A stretch of 60,944 bases of DNA, filler included, from Sphacelaria rigidula (GCA_964200075.2; 9 parts of 9 records of this genome joined end to end with filler, not necessarily neighbours in it), one strand, 5' to 3'. Counted from the whole stretch's first letter, positions 11,993 to 26,330 are shown. Program-made: numbers and translations. Notes: generated from the letters alone by a model not told the origin.

Positions 11993-13597
11993 GTGTCCTT
12001 GGGGGGGAGAACATGAACATGCGGTTGATTGGCTAGTGTATTGTCGCACGGTAACGGACTCGCTACCAATCCACGCGTGGCCATAAGGTCGGCGTCCCCG
12101 AGAACCATAAACGAAAAAAATCGCTGACGAGACTCAAGAAAACAGGGAGCGAACGCAAAGAAAAAAGGAAACGCAGACAACGGATGCTGAGAAGGGAAAA
12201 ATGATGAACAATACTAGTACACATGAAAATGGGAAAAATGAGAAGACGCCAGGCTAAAGTGTAGAACCGAACCCGCGAAACGAATCCGATTGGGCCCCTG
12301 CGAGGGCTTGACTGTTAAGGCTCGCGGTGAGGAGGTCATACAAAACGCAACGCCGTGGTAGCAGGTTACGGTTCAATTATCTGAAACCGAAATGTGATCT
12401 CCGGAGAAAAGGCTCGATACTACACTTTCATGTGATCCTGTCCACCGAAAGATCTCAACAATGTATTGAAAGCACCATGTTTTGGCGGCGCGGCCGCTCA
12501 GCATATCAGAAGATTGAGCGTGGATTTTTTTCCGACTGGGGTGAAAAAATCTTGTGACGTTCGTACGACAGGAACGATGAAACTTCTGTCGGAAACTGCA
12601 GATGTAATGTCGGTTCGGTGTCGAATGCGGCTCCGTTGTTACAATGGCTAGGAATGAGCGTTCTCTGCCAATCCCTGTTCTTCGTTTTTTTACCGGAACA
12701 ATCGCGCTGCTTGCTAAAATTAAGTGGGACTCACACTTCGGTCCTGCTGGTATGGACAAGACATAGATCATGACCGAATGGCGCGCGTGAAGTGTTGGGG
12801 AGAGAGGTGGTGGACATGGCTCAACAGATGGTTATAGAGATGATTATAGAGATGGTTATAGAGATGATTATAGAGATGATTATGATCACGTCTGTACGCC
12901 GAGTGTGTAGCGAGAGTTGTTTTGCTTCGCGCGTCATACTTTCATTCTCGCCCCCCCCCCCCTGCGTTTTTTTGCGGTAAGCATTATGGTGAGCGACATA
13001 GATTATATTGTACAGGATGGGAGAGCCTCAACCCCGCGCAAAGGGGATGGTGGTCCTACGCAGTGTTTAAATAGTGAAGGAAGATTGGGGCAGTTTAGCC
13101 TGTGGCTGTCTCTGGAAGCCACGATACCAGAAAATAAAGCATTCATAGGAGGCTGCCATCCGCATGCTAGATGATCAGTACGCTTCGAGTCGAACGATCT
13201 CAGCAGCACGCAACTCATCCCTCATGCGATTCGCCGAACACATCACGGCACTTCACGCTTCATGATTGCGAGCCTGATCCGGCGAAACCCGGCGTGCTCC
13301 GTCCCGGCTTCGTTGGGATACAAGGCCAATGGTCTTATGACTACGGCATGCAAGATCATTAGTACCCCCCCCCCCCCCCCCCCCCCCCCCCGGGGTTGTC
13401 TGTCCTGGTGGAATGACATACCTCCCCCACGCCCACCCCCCCCCCCCTTTTCTTCGGTTTGTGGTCNNNNNNNNNNNNNNNNNNNNNNNNNNNNNNNNNN
13501 NNNNNNNNNNTTAATTAATTAANNNNNNNNNNNNNNNNNNNNNNNNNNNNNNNNNNNNNNNNNNNNGGGCGACGGTCCCCAGTGGGGGGGGGGGGGG

Positions 13598-13631
<34 letters not shown>

Positions 13632-14862
13632 AAGCGATTCCGCCGCCGCCGCCGCAGTAACATCAATGTTGAGAAGTACATGTTACCATGCATTTCTTCC
13701 GACAGGAAGCAATGACCGACCACCCCAGCAAAAAAAACGCTGTCTTACAGCACCCCCGACCGCGATTTGTAGCAACAATGACCCCACAAAGTTTCCAACG
13801 ATCACCATCGAGCCATTATGTTGACATCTCCATGCTAATGTCAAGTTTTGTCAACGTTGTAAACGTATCTCACCACATGCTCACCCAAGGTGCTCGGAAG
13901 GACGATGATGGATGCAGAATGACAATCTCTCCGCACGGTTTGAATCATTTGTGGGTGCCAGTGTTGTTCTCTACTTGCCACGTGCCACTCTTCTTTTTGT
14001 ACTTCGGACTGCCTTAACCAGCCGTACTCAAAATCGCTCGTTTTTCGTGTAGTTCCCGTCGGAATATGGCATCGGGGACCGCATCCTACGATGGCACGTA
14101 CAAATGGTGAGGCGGCTTGTGAACCGATCTTATCGTATCCAAAGCACGCTCATGGCGTTCCTGACGTTCTTCCAATCCTGTCCCCTACACTGGACATCCA
14201 GCCTAAGGTCGCCACTATAGAATTCTTCGATCGCCCGTCAGATAGCTTGGCCACCCAAAAGAATTTTCCAGTTCAAGCTCGCGAGAGTTCAAGATTGTTA
14301 CTGTAGACACAACCCGACACAAGAGCACTACTTCGTAGACAAAAGGCGGTGCATTGGCATACATGGACTCGTGCAGATCGCTTTGCAACGGTTTTCAGAG
14401 TGAAGAGGTGCAGATGGCACTCTGATGTGACGCTGAAAAAATCGCTCTAAAAAAATCAGGGTGAAACGTGCACCGTTACCAGCTCTTTTCCTGAAACTCT
14501 GACACCAAAATGGGGAAAAGGTTTTCCCGAAACCCGATATTCTCCACACAAGAGGGAATGAACCAAACTCGGCAAATGTCTTCAATGTTTCACCTATTGG
14601 GATTTTACTGTTTGCTTCAGTACGATTCTAGTATGTGTTGCCAACCCGAAAAATTAAGTTGATCATGGAGTAGGTCACCGCATCAGTCTGATTGAGGCAC
14701 GGCGTCAGAGTGTGTCACGGACTGAGTAACGACAAAACCCGCTTCAACATTCCTCCCGTCGAAGGTGCACATTACTTATCTCAAATGGTGTCGCCATTCT
14801 AGGGTATCCTCACGAATGTACTGATTGTTGTACGCAGCTGTAAGTCGGGATCACTTGTTTAA

Positions 14863-14960
14863 CCCTTAGACCGCGAGGTTAGTCTTCTGTTGAATCGGCA
14901 TCAATTTCAAGTGAGAAAAAGTGTGCATGATCCAGAAAGACTAATCTCGCGGTCTAAGGG
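14863..14960. mobile_element. 98-bp piggyBac-type MITE
   Basis: TIR CCCTTAGACCGCGAG(G/A)TTAGTCTT at both ends; flanks TTAA (14859-14862) and TTGA (14961-14964). Confidence 0.75.
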
Positions 14961-17900
14961 TTGAGCCGTGTAGAAGACGGGGAAGTTACTACAACAGCTT
15001 CCATTGCCTCCATACATGCTTCGAGCACTCAGGCCAGTCACCATGTATCAATATTTACCGTCCTTCCACGGCGAATCGGAAGAAATGGATACACTGGGTG
15101 AATGCGGCAGGGAGAGGGGGGTCGGGGGGATTGGGGGTTCGAATATACTCATGTGATCGAGAAGCCACCGTGCTATAGCACATTTCGAGAGGGAGGATAT
15201 CGTGGTGAAAAAAATTACAAATACAAGGAAGAATACACCGAACTGTACATACAGTACAACAGGACAGTGCAGGCAGGGCAAATGCGGGGAAAGTGTGCAG
15301 ACAGACTGGACATACCGACCGCTACGTAGTCAGACACAAGAATATTACGGCATTTTGTATTGGCTTCACTCGAAGGGAATAATAGGCGGGACTGAGCGGA
15401 ATCCGCAGCGTGACCAAGGTGCACCAGTAATGCCGTCGAGTCGGTAGGATGTTGCACGGAAAGTGGTACAACATGTACAACACACGTGACTGGCGGTACA
15501 ACATGCATGTCTGGCGAAAGGCAAAATAGCACTCCATAACGGTACCGCCTGTCGTGTCCATCTCCTGGGCAGATGACTTGGACACGAACATGCACTTTTT
15601 ACGCGTTGTTCAAACAGCAGCAGTTCGAACAGCGAACGGACCTTGTACAGACACATCACCAACATGATATCGGCGCCTGGTACAGCCGCAAATCGTACAC
15701 CAAATAAGTTGTAGAGTCAGCCAGGATACGTCGTTCAGAGGGCACAGACAGGGCAGTCGGTACAACAGTAAAGAACAGCACCGTAGTGCCGTGTAGTGCA
15801 GTGCTTCAGTACAGATATCAACTAACATCTGCACAGCGTCATCTACGTTCCTGATGGATGATATATTTCCACTTCTACTCTACTTGGGATGCTCTACTCA
15901 ACAAAGTTGCACTGCTCGATTTCCTTTTCACATATTCTGTTTTGTCCCATCTCTGGTATCGCACTTGTGCAGTCGAATGATGTGTGCGGTTCAGCCCATT
16001 ATACAACCTCGAGTACGCTCCAGAGAAGCCTCTTGGATCTACAGTTGTTTTGTACAGACTGCTGCACACCTGTGCTGACTTACAAAAATACTTTGCCGCA
16101 ATTACAGCACTACTTGTACCGACTGTACCGTAGTATCGAGTATTTGCTTGGAATGAAGAATAAAGTAACAGAGTACAACATGGCCCTAAAACACAGCCGC
16201 ATTGAGCAAAAACACAACAGCCCCACATTGTTTACACCACCACGATGAAACGGTTATCAAGCGACAACAGAAGCTGGGCAACAGCACGATAGTACAGACC
16301 AGTACCGTTGAGTCAGCGTCTCCACACCCACACGCACCGTCCAGCTCCTGTAAAGAGATTGTGCAATCGGCGCACGATGCACTCACGAACAAAAGCTCCC
16401 TACCCCCCCCCCCCCGCCCGCCGCTTCTCTGGTTTCAAATCTACCAACTCACAGCGTGGTCGAACTTTTGAACGCCTCCAACGGAAGGCTTCGGCTGAGC
16501 CACGCCCGCCACCATCTCCCCTCCAGAAACTCCTTTGCGAGTATTTTTAGTAGCTCCTCCACCGCCCACGGCATGAGGCGTCTCTGTCGATTGAGAAGAA
16601 AAATTGCGCAATGTCAAATATTCGGGTATCCAGTAGGCATCGGAAAACGGTCACAAATATCGCACGAGGCGAAAGAAGGGAATTAGGGGGAAGTTCATGT
16701 ACTGGGTTGGGGTACGTAATGCCATACGCATCCAAGAGGTAGGGTGGGGGTAGATATCATGTGTCTCCTACGTGTGGCAGTGTTGCTGGTTGCTGGGGCA
16801 CCGATGAATTGAGAAGTCCTAAAATAAAATAAAAACGAGAAAGAGATGGATATCGGGGGGTGGTTTGGTGCGTTTTGGCGTGTGAGGATGTGTTGGCTTT
16901 GGCGTGCTCAGCTGCTCGTTGTGGGCATAACGGGAAGGAGGACTTGGCCAACCCCTCGGGAGGCCTCTTAATCTAGCATCGAATATACTACCGGGAGCTT
17001 TTGCGTATCGAGTTTTCTGCATGACATCACATCGCACCACTGCGTCCCCCATTCATCCCCGGTGACCAGCGTTGTGTCCTTCATCTGCCGAAGAAACGAG
17101 CACTTGGAGCCGCTCGCTTTGGTACCACAGCGAAGAGAGACTCCAATTCAATCCGCCGTACATTTCATTTTCGTAGTTTGGCCCGAAATTCGTCTGACAG
17201 TTGTTCATGGGCTGCACCCGGGGAACAACGCGACTCTCCCCTCCCTCAGAGGGAACCCATCGGCTGACCTCATAAGTACATCGCAAGCTGTTGACCGTAG
17301 TACAGGGGGGAACAGTAGAGTCAGCACTGGGACAACGAAAATTCAAAGAAGACAGCTATACCCTACACAAGAGACAGACACACAGCACAGCCGCCCGAAA
17401 GTAGCAGCAGCAGTGTCTTGCACATCACGTAGTCACAGAGAGACCCTCTCAAAACCAACAACACACCAAGCACAGGTAGGAGAACACAGCGCGGGGCGTA
17501 TCAAGTCGGACATGCCCCATATCCTTACTTCCTCCCGTGAACTCACGCTTCTTTCCACCAGCTGCCGCTGCGGCGGGCATAGCTGTCGCCGTGGTGGGAG
17601 TAGCCACCACCGCTGCTGTTACATTGGCTCTCGTTTTCGCCACACCAGCAGTACCAGCCGGCTGGGGAACGTGGGGCGCTACTGCGTTTTTAGCTGCTAT
17701 CGTCGAACCGCTGCCGCCGCTGGCTGTGGTTACCGTCTGCGGAATGCTTTGTGAGCCTGCATCGGTACCACAGCTCGACTGAGAAGACCTCAGTGACATA
17801 AGATGATAGATGGGGATCTGAGCCTACCCCTAGGGCGAAGAATGTACCCTAGCTTGGGCACCTCTGGAATGATGTATGGCTTGACAATAATGTAATGTCG

Positions 17901-18680
17901 TTTTCCATATTGCGTTGGATAACACCAGGTGCTTGCCAGGTGGCGCAAGTCCTTCGAATATATAGTTGTTTCTGCTGGTGCATCAGTGATTTGGATCTCT
18001 TTCCTAGAGACAACTACGCAAGACATCGTTTCAAATTTATACAAGCACAGAGTGTATAGTTGAACACAGGACCCCGTGTTTCTCTTCCAGCGTTCAGCAT
18101 ATATTTATAGCTTTTTGTATTTAGTGTGAAGTCGGTGTAGAGGGAAAAAAAGAGGAGCTGCGTTTGTGTTCCAATTTACGTGCGTTCAATTATATGTAGC
18201 GCAACGGCGTGGGTTTCACATCGTACTATAAAGGGCATAGTGTACACAAAAATTCCAGCTCGAGTTTTGACCGTGGCTAACTTTCACCTCGTGTCTTCTC
18301 AGCTGCAGTCAAAATATAATGCTTCGGAATAAACCTTCTTGGTGTCGTGAACCAACAAGGATATACGGGATAATGAGAGTCCCGTGAATGTCATATGTAT
18401 ACTACTTATTATACCGCTTACAATGTACAGTACATTTTTTTACTCGAATACTGAATGCACTGTAGTACGAACATTTTCTAGTGCTAGTTGTCTGCATATT
18501 GCAGTCGTATGATGTATTACACCGTCCGTGCAGCACAGTGTAGTACACTGTAGGTGAGGTAGTTTGAGCGCAGCAGCAGCAGGCAGCAGTCTACATCTAT
18601 CTTGATGTTTTGTCGATAGGAAATTACGTCATTACAGAGTATTATTTGAAATGGGATATTTATGTAGTTTTGTCGTAGTC

Positions 18681-19009
18681 CACACGCGGCCATTCGACTA
18701 CCCCCATAAATATCGTCTATCGCGATTTTCATCCTCTCGAGGGTAAAGTGATGAAAATACCATCTAGAGAGTATTTCATTCTCAGTTCCGGTCATGAAAC
18801 GAATCCTCTGGAGTAACAAAAAAAGATGGTGCTCTGGAGGGCAGCGCATCCTCCAAGTTCCTCCAGAGGGTGCGCGGCCCTACTCTGGAGGCGTTCGATC
18901 ACACCCCTCTGGAGGGCCGCGCACCCTTTAGGGGCGTTTAATTCCTCTGGAGGCTCGAAAAGTTGACCGGGACAGAGTATTTTTGGGGGTAGCCGAATGG
19001 CCGCGTGTG
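18681..19009. mobile_element. MITE with CACAC-starting TIRs and internal CCTCTGGAG motifs
   Basis: CACACGCGGCCATTCGACTACCCCCA versus TGGGGGTAGCCGAATGGCCGCGTGTG; a second right end at ~20769-20790. Confidence 0.75.
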
Positions 19010-20074
19010 CCTGGGATATTCGAAAGTATTTTCGCCTGCCACCGCTCATCCGAGTGAATGTTTGATCCCAAACTTTGGGGATCGGGAGATACTAGGCATC
19101 CCCCCACATTCCGAGGTCAGATCACATATACGCTCATTATTGAACGACTTACAGACCGACCGGTTTTCGGAAGTCCTGAGACTATCCAGCCCCAGATTCT
19201 GACCCTTGAGTGTTTTTGCTCGATCGAAGCAATGCCAATCATTTTCATGAACAAATCAGAAGGGTTGCTTTTTTGTCAATTTTTGCCTATTTGTTGCGGT
19301 AGAAGAGCGGGAAAACTGTGTTTTTCGGACCAGTGACGGTCGCTAACACCCCCTGATGAACGAGGTATACTTACTCCTCATCACCCCGAAAACACCAATT
19401 GAGGATCGTGTGCTGAGCACGACCTGCTTCTCTTCCCAATATCTATCGACGCTAGGGTTTTTAAGCGCCAAGGACGGATACTACACGAGAAAAATTGAAA
19501 AAACAACCCAAATGTCAGGATCAAGCGCTCGCTGGGATGAGCGGTGGTACGCGAAAGGAACCACTGAAAATCGCCGGTTGGCTACGAAAAAATTACAAAA
19601 ATCTCCTATTAGCAGCCAATCATCTATGTTGAGGATGGTGCTTTTGATTGAGGATGAGAACCCGGAGGATTAAAATCTTCGTANNNNNNNNNNTCCTAAA
19701 AATTTGGATGTCAATAACCGAAATGTTGGGGTCCTACGGGAAAATCCAATTTCAGGGTATTTCGGCTAAGACTACACAAGCAGAATTGCTAAGTAACCCG
19801 AAAAAAAGTATTGACTATCCGATTTCCCTGCATGGGGATTCGGCTCAACTAGTACAACACATGCACGTTGATGCCCACTCTTGTCCCAGTTCTTCCAGAT
19901 CATTACTATTATCAGTGGTCATCCAGGAATCGAGCTTTGAGCTTTTCCTTCCTATCCGAGGGTACCATAACTGATACTGAAGGTCACTTCGAAATTTCGT
20001 GTTTGGCCTTCCACTTGTTCCCGTATTGATGCCACGCACCGTATGAAGCCCCCGCCCCCCCTCCGACACGTTGT

Positions 20075-20202
20075 GAGCACCTAAATGTCGGAGGTGTCTT
20101 TATTGGGAGTAGGAATAGTGCTCCGTCTCGAAAGCGATGTGTGATCAATGGTCAAACGACTAGGACAAGCAACAAATGAGCACCCCCCCCTCCCCCCCCC
20201 CC
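20075..20202 (+). mobile_element. LINE ORF2 3' fragment with C-rich tail
   Basis: AATGTCGGAGGTGTC...AATGGTCAAACGACTAGGACAAGCAACAAATGA then C runs. Confidence 0.7.
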
Positions 20203-20349
20203 TCTCTGAAAAAAGTGTAAACAGAGTAGAAAAATCTGCCGCGTGACATNNNNNNNNNNNNNNNNNNNNNNNNNNNNNNNNNNNNNNNNNNNNTTAATTA
20301 ATTAANNNNNNNNNNNNNNNNNNNNNNNNNNNNNNNNNNNNNNNNNNNN

Positions 20350-20424
20350 AGATTCCAGATCGCTCCGGGAATCGAACCCCCCAACTCAACCATCAGAAGG
20401 TTACGAGGTTACCAACTGAGCCAC
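20350..20424 (-). mobile_element. tRNA-derived SINE head; a second head starts at 54141-54162 (+)
   Basis: Minus strand GTGGCTCAGTTGGTAA (A box) and GGTTCGATTCCC (B box); no complete acceptor stem. Confidence 0.7.
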
Positions 20425-20495
20425 TTATTGGCGGGCGAAATGGGGATATATTTCGAACAGTCTTTGGTGTACAAATTCCATTTGCGAGTGTATAT

Positions 20496-20597
20496 GGGGT
20501 TTGCACAGCCTCTGCTGTTCGAAATTGAAGTCCTTTTTGCCCGATTCTGAATTTGGAATTAGGATTTATTTCAAACAGCAGAGGCTGTACGAATTCC
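20496..20597. repeat. Short palindrome/hairpin
   Basis: CAGCCTCTGCTGTTCGAAAT versus ATTTCAAACAGCAGAGGCTG. Confidence 0.8.
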
Positions 20598-23224
20598 AGA
20601 TTCCCGTAGCACCTATTCCTTGAAAAATCCAGGAGATTTCAATATTGACACAGACCTTCGAGGCCCCAAAATTCACAATCCTCTAGAGGATTGCGAATTT
20701 CGAAGATCCTCTAGCGGGAATTTCAAAACGGACGGAACCGAGGATGACGTTTGGAGAATCCTCTACAAGGTAGCCGAATGGTCGCGTGTGCAAGTTTCGA
20801 AACAGAACTTTTAACGTTGAGCTAAAAAATTGAGATGAGGTCCAAGAGCAATGTTCATTTCTCCTCAAACCTCCCCCCAAAAAACGAAAAAAAGGAAAAA
20901 ATGAAAAAAATGAAAAAAAAAAAAGAGCTTCTATTTTCTTCAAAATCCACCAGCGGTTCTCCATACCAAACTTAATAGCACAACTCTCAGAACCTGAGAC
21001 GCGATATCCATATTTAGTTCATCTATTGCCTCTGCTCGCAATATCGGTTTTAGTATGGAAACTTATGTGCGCCATATCTCGAGATAGATTACAAATTGGG
21101 TGTAGGTGAGGGTATGCCTATCGTCTTCCTGTGTTCCAGGGAAGGTCCACACCGAAAATCGCCATCATCCGATTAATGTATCGTTCGGGGTTTCACATAG
21201 ATTTTAGTGTGGGCGCTATCTTCGCACGGTATATAAATTACTAGACATGGGGTTTAATCAACGAGAAAAAATCGACCCAGATTTTTCAGCAGATGGACAC
21301 CTTCCCCTTGAGTAGACGGTTGATACGATATGCGGATCATGGCCCAACTCGTCTATGTCGATGAGAGATTGCTTTGAGAGCTTAAATCTGTTTATAGGCT
21401 GGCCCGAGCTCGTAAGAAATCGTGGATTTGGTGATTCGAATCGGCGATGATTCGTCCGAACCGTGGAAGATGGATATTACACAACAATTAACGGGCAGAC
21501 CTTTGCATTTTAGAATAGAAGGGCCCAGCCAAGACCACTCCGGTTTCATCGCCGAAATCCGAGACGTCAACGTCACAAACACCGAAATAAATGAAAATTA
21601 TTGGAAGCGCCCTGGACACAGGGTCATCTATACAGGATACATAACAAGTACGGATAGGGTAGGGTTATCACCCCTTGCATGTCAGCTTCACATAGAGGTT
21701 GAGGTCTCGTGGTGAGATACCCGTAAAAACTCACCGGTTCTCATCGGATGGTGGAAGTCTGGTCAGCCATTTCCAGAAATTTCCGACATTAGGTGCAAGA
21801 GGCGCCTAATGAAGGCAAGGGGTGGATAATGCATGACATGAATGCCAAGACCTACTGCACTCATGAAACAAACACCTTGCCGACGACCGACCACATGACC
21901 TACGAGAAGGAGCACCAAGCGGTACGTAGACTTCTTGAGATCTTGGGGGATAGAAGCCGGTACACAGGGTGGCGAAATCGTTGGCCAAGCTTTCGGCAGC
22001 GAAGGTCTACTCGGAAGCATTAGTGGAGTAGCGACCCGTGGTGAACCGTACACGAAGTGGAAAAGTGATGTACGGGATATCTCGATGTGAGTCAGACCTT
22101 GTGTTATGCGAGCCGCTCTTGAACCTTACACAGTGAAAATGACCTCCCAGGAGGGAAGTATCCAGTAGAGCAGCGGAGCAAGAAGATAGAAGATACGATC
22201 GTGGGACGCCTAGATGGTATACCATGAAAATCGCCGGGCACAAACATGGGGTACTTGTGTCAAAGGTGTTGAACTTGGCTTCAGGCTACGAAGCCATGTT
22301 GGAGGCATTATTTAGTGTCGGGGAGCCAGAAAAAAGCTGAAAGGCACCAGACGCCCAACAAGCACCAGGATTGGGATATCCCAGTACGCTGACTAGATCC
22401 CACCAATACATATGAAACGAACACAGCTGGAGATTCTCTCGAAAGTTGTCAAGAGAGAGACGGTAAGGAAGGGTGGATGGAGAAGTCAAGAGTAGCCGTG
22501 GCAAGTACTAGTAGTGCTGGTATTCGGAGTACGTAGCGACATGACGAGAATAGAGTTTGAAAAGAAATGCGACGAATTTGGATTATAATGTACGGTAACA
22601 GGAAATGTAGAAAGGTAGGAGGAACACTTCCGAGTCACACTAAAAGAAAGCGCGAGCAAGGAGTGGGAAACGATAGAAATGATGAAATATATATGGCTGT
22701 CGTGGCTTGTGTATAATATACACAACGTTCAACTGTCAACCTGACAGGAACAGTTGGTTCAAGTGATGAACCCGGCCCTGGCGAGAGAGCTCGCAAAGGC
22801 TGTACAGTGTTGGTTAAACACTTGTTTGTGCAATGAGAGAAAGATGTTTAAACTTGGCTCTTCATCTGGCCTTAACCCAAATCAAACACAATCAGTCTCT
22901 ACTCCACAGAATACTGATGACAAGCAGGTAGGCTTACGTGAGGTGAGTCGCTTTGGAGAGTGGTAGCGTAAGGCTATCTCACTCTGTCGACAAAACTCTT
23001 GGACACTGTTGTTGACACCTTAGACTCGTCGTACTCAACTCTTCAATATTCTGATCATATGCTGACTCTCTGTGTACGAGCTATTTATTCATTATTCTAC
23101 GACGAATATCGTACTTCTCCGTGTATTACTACGATCTTTGTTACAACGATGAACCGCAACCGGTTGTACCGCTAATCTCGAGTATGTATATTCGGAACTG
23201 TTGTTTCTTCAATTCCAGCAAGAA

Positions 23225-24115
23225 ACGAGTAAGGTATCGGCATGGAATGGAAGAGTAGGATGGAGAGTATGTATTACTAACGGAACAACAAACCTAGGAT
23301 GTAGTGAACGGGCGAACGGAGGGAAAGCGAGGTACAAACAGGAGAATGCCCGCGAAGGGAAGAGGAGGAGATGCAGCGGCCCGAAGCAACTAGACGAAGA
23401 CCAAACCGGCAAGGGGCACAACAATCAAGCAAGGCAAAGTAGGAGTAGAAGACACGGAAAGAGGATAGGAGACAACACGAGAGCAGATAATGATTCGAGA
23501 AGGAAGGTGAGAATAGGATTGTGGAACGTGTGTGGATTCGCCACAGACGTGAGAATTGAGATAGCCCAACAAGTAAGCATTCTCGATCTAGATATAGTAG
23601 GAATTCAAGAGTCATGGGAGAAAGACGGCGCGGAAATAAGATGTAAAGTTGAAGGGTACGCTTGGATAGGGAAGAAGCGGCAGGAGAAGAAGCCGAAGAG
23701 GAGGGGGGCGGGGGGAATAGGATTCTTAGTCAAGGAACACCTGTGTGACATTATAAAAGTGATCGACGACACGCAATTCGACGAAAGCATACGGATAAGG
23801 GTACCAGGAGAGCGGGGAAGGAAGGACTTCTTCGTGGGGAACATCTATACATGCCCACATGATCGAAGAGTAGGGATGCCCCCATAATCGAAGAGTAGGG
23901 TTAACGATACGCAGCGGAGGTTTGGAGAGATAGCAGCAGATGTGCATAAGTATGAAATGCAAGAAGAGGTAATGCTAGTGGGAGATTTTAGTGCAAGGGT
24001 AGGAAAAACAGGTCAACCGCATGATGTGATTGGGTAATATGGGGGAGATAAAACGAACACGAATGGGGTAGAAATGCTGAAGGTTCTTGAGCATAACGAG
24101 ATGAAGACGCTGAAC
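23225..24115 (+). mobile_element. Decayed LINE, apurinic-like endonuclease (APE/EEP) domain
   Basis: IGLWNVCG, DIVGIQES, GAGGIGFLV, FVGNIY, VMLVGDFSARVG, NGVEML motifs; frameshift from a local duplication at ~23851-23900 and a stop at ~24036. Confidence 0.9.
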
Positions 24116-25554
24116 GAATACATGCTCGGTTACTGAAAACCCAACCCCGGGCTACCAATGCCGATATGATCTGCTGAGATAAGATTCATGCAACAACAGA
24201 GTTCGTCGCCGTAGTAGTCCGTTCCGGACCATTTCGGATCCCATCCTTGTAAGAGTATTGTGCTCGAATGCTCAACAGGGGTGTGTACTCATGCTTTTGC
24301 ATGCCGTGGTCGTGTAACCATTGACCTCGCATCCGTACAGAGGCGGCACGGAGCACGCCGGATTTTCGTCCACTGTCATGAAGACAAGCAGCATCGATCT
24401 TTCGATGTTTGGATTTTGGATAACGGGTCTGATCGGAGGGTCAGATATAGTGTGTACACCTATAAAAGGGTATCATTAGAGCTTGAGACAGCACATGGAA
24501 GCTACTGCTGGGCTCCCCAGGAAAGAGCATCTGACTGTTGCCTGATTGGTGAGACATAAGCGTGGAAAAGCATTGAGCAAGAAGAAAGTGAGCAAGACAA
24601 AGAGCATATCTTAAACAAGAGCCTTGAGTCAAGTAGTTATTAACCTATTGTGCGTGAACCCGTCACGAGTTGTATCCCAGACAAGTGATTGCACTGTTGT
24701 GCTTAGTGTGTTCCTGCACTACAGTGAGGGTTTCTGTGATAAATCCTTACAGCCTCGTGACACCACCAGGCTCCCAATCAATCACCAATCGCGAAGCACC
24801 GTGATGTGTTCGGCGAGTCGCAAGTAGGGTGAGCTGCATGCTGCTGAGGTTGGTCGGCCCGAAGCGTACTGATTATCTTGCACATGAATTACAGACCGTA
24901 GTGATTTGCTTCATGTTCTGATATCTGCACTTCCAGAGACAGCCACGATTTACACACTGTCTCACGGATTTCGTACCATGTAGACTACGTATTTGTAGTG
25001 AAATGGTCCCTATTACGTTGAGATCGAGTTTTCCACCGCGCACAATATGATCGAGCTCGACCACCATCACTGTTAGGGCAAAACAAATGCGAACGAAAAA
25101 GCGTTCAAGACAGAAGTAGGCGACTCTGTTTCCCCCTCCTTTGTGTTCTTCATATGTCTACACAAGTATGACTAGAATCTGCCGTCGTCACCTTAGGTCA
25201 TTTTGGGGCGTGTTCAAGTGATCGCATTCGCATACAGCAGCAACGGAACCCCCCATAGACGCCGTCGGTACATTGTAGATATACTACTGCAAGTTACCTG
25301 AACAGAATAACGCGCGAGTGAGGGATGCCGTTGTTAAAATGGAAGGAATGGAGGCGCCATACGAGACATGCGTTGACGGACTTCACCGAGGGGAAACTGT
25401 GGAACTTCGCATACCTTTTGGCCATCAGAAGAAAATGTTTCATACGATGCGCTGACGTATACAGTAATAGTATGGTCTGGAGTGAAGTACAGTATTGTTG
25501 TAGTGAAACATACTGCAACCGCAAACTCTGAACTTTCTGAGGCTAGCCACAAGC

Positions 25555-26330
25555 TACAATGGCAACGAGTACACACGAAATCATGTCTGTTCAGTTATTG
25601 TTTTCGACAAGGGGGAGCAAACTCGTCTTCATGGGACCTTCTATTTCGTATCCCGTACATGAAACTGCCGGCTTTACATTGAGGGAGCTTTGGCGCAGCT
25701 CCGGAGAAATGGTGTTATAGTATCAGCACCGTTCTGCACCAAGTTGAAGCGTATCTCTTGAGGGAAGTCGAGCATAGAGAGACGTGGTAGAGCACACATC
25801 CAAGGTGGATTTTGTTCTGACATCATTTCATGGCCTAAACATTGTCGCCTCCCGCAGCATTCGGTTCTACAAAACTGCACTTACTGGGCTTTCCTGCGAG
25901 TCAAGGTGTCAGCGGTCAGTCCGTTTTTGCCTGACATTCACCAAAGAAATCTAGATTCATTCCCTACTATATTCCTTGTGCGTGTACGTACAAATAACCG
26001 AGCTGTTTGAACCCAGGATCATATTTGGAACATTGCCTGAAATATTTACATAAGTTGTGACAAATGGACATTCTATTCGCAAGCGCTTCATGATGTGGTA
26101 TGTGGTCTCATAGGCTACATGCGTCCAGTATTCAGTCGTTGCTGTGGTGATGCCCATTTGACATGAGAAACTTCATACACCCGTTCTACTCCAGTAACGC
26201 GAGTCTAGAGTAGTGTACTCTTGAAGAAAATTACATCTCCCCCCATTTTACCGGGCTTGCGATCTCTTTGCTCGCCACTTGATCCTCTAACATACAGACC
26301 GACTCGCTGGCCCAGTGCGCTCGAGGAGTC
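25555..26330 (-). pseudogene. Highly decayed PIF/Harbinger (ISL2EU/DDE_Tnp_4-like) transposase remnant
   Basis: LDFPQEIRFNLVQNGADTITPFLR...SRQF...DT resembles the D.GF.I...L...G....IPPF....QF block; many stops and frameshifts. Confidence 0.35.

Noticed and set aside
13362..13630. Poly-C and poly-G tracts forming an apparent inverted pair
   Set aside because: They lie on different contigs either side of a linker; typical assembly break points
17053..17799. Ala/Thr-rich ORFs on both strands
   Set aside because: Low complexity, no recognisable domain or consistent splice sites; possibly TE-derived
20350..20424. Functional tRNA gene (also 47920-48005)
   Set aside because: A/B boxes present but the cloverleaf is incomplete; better explained as SINE heads
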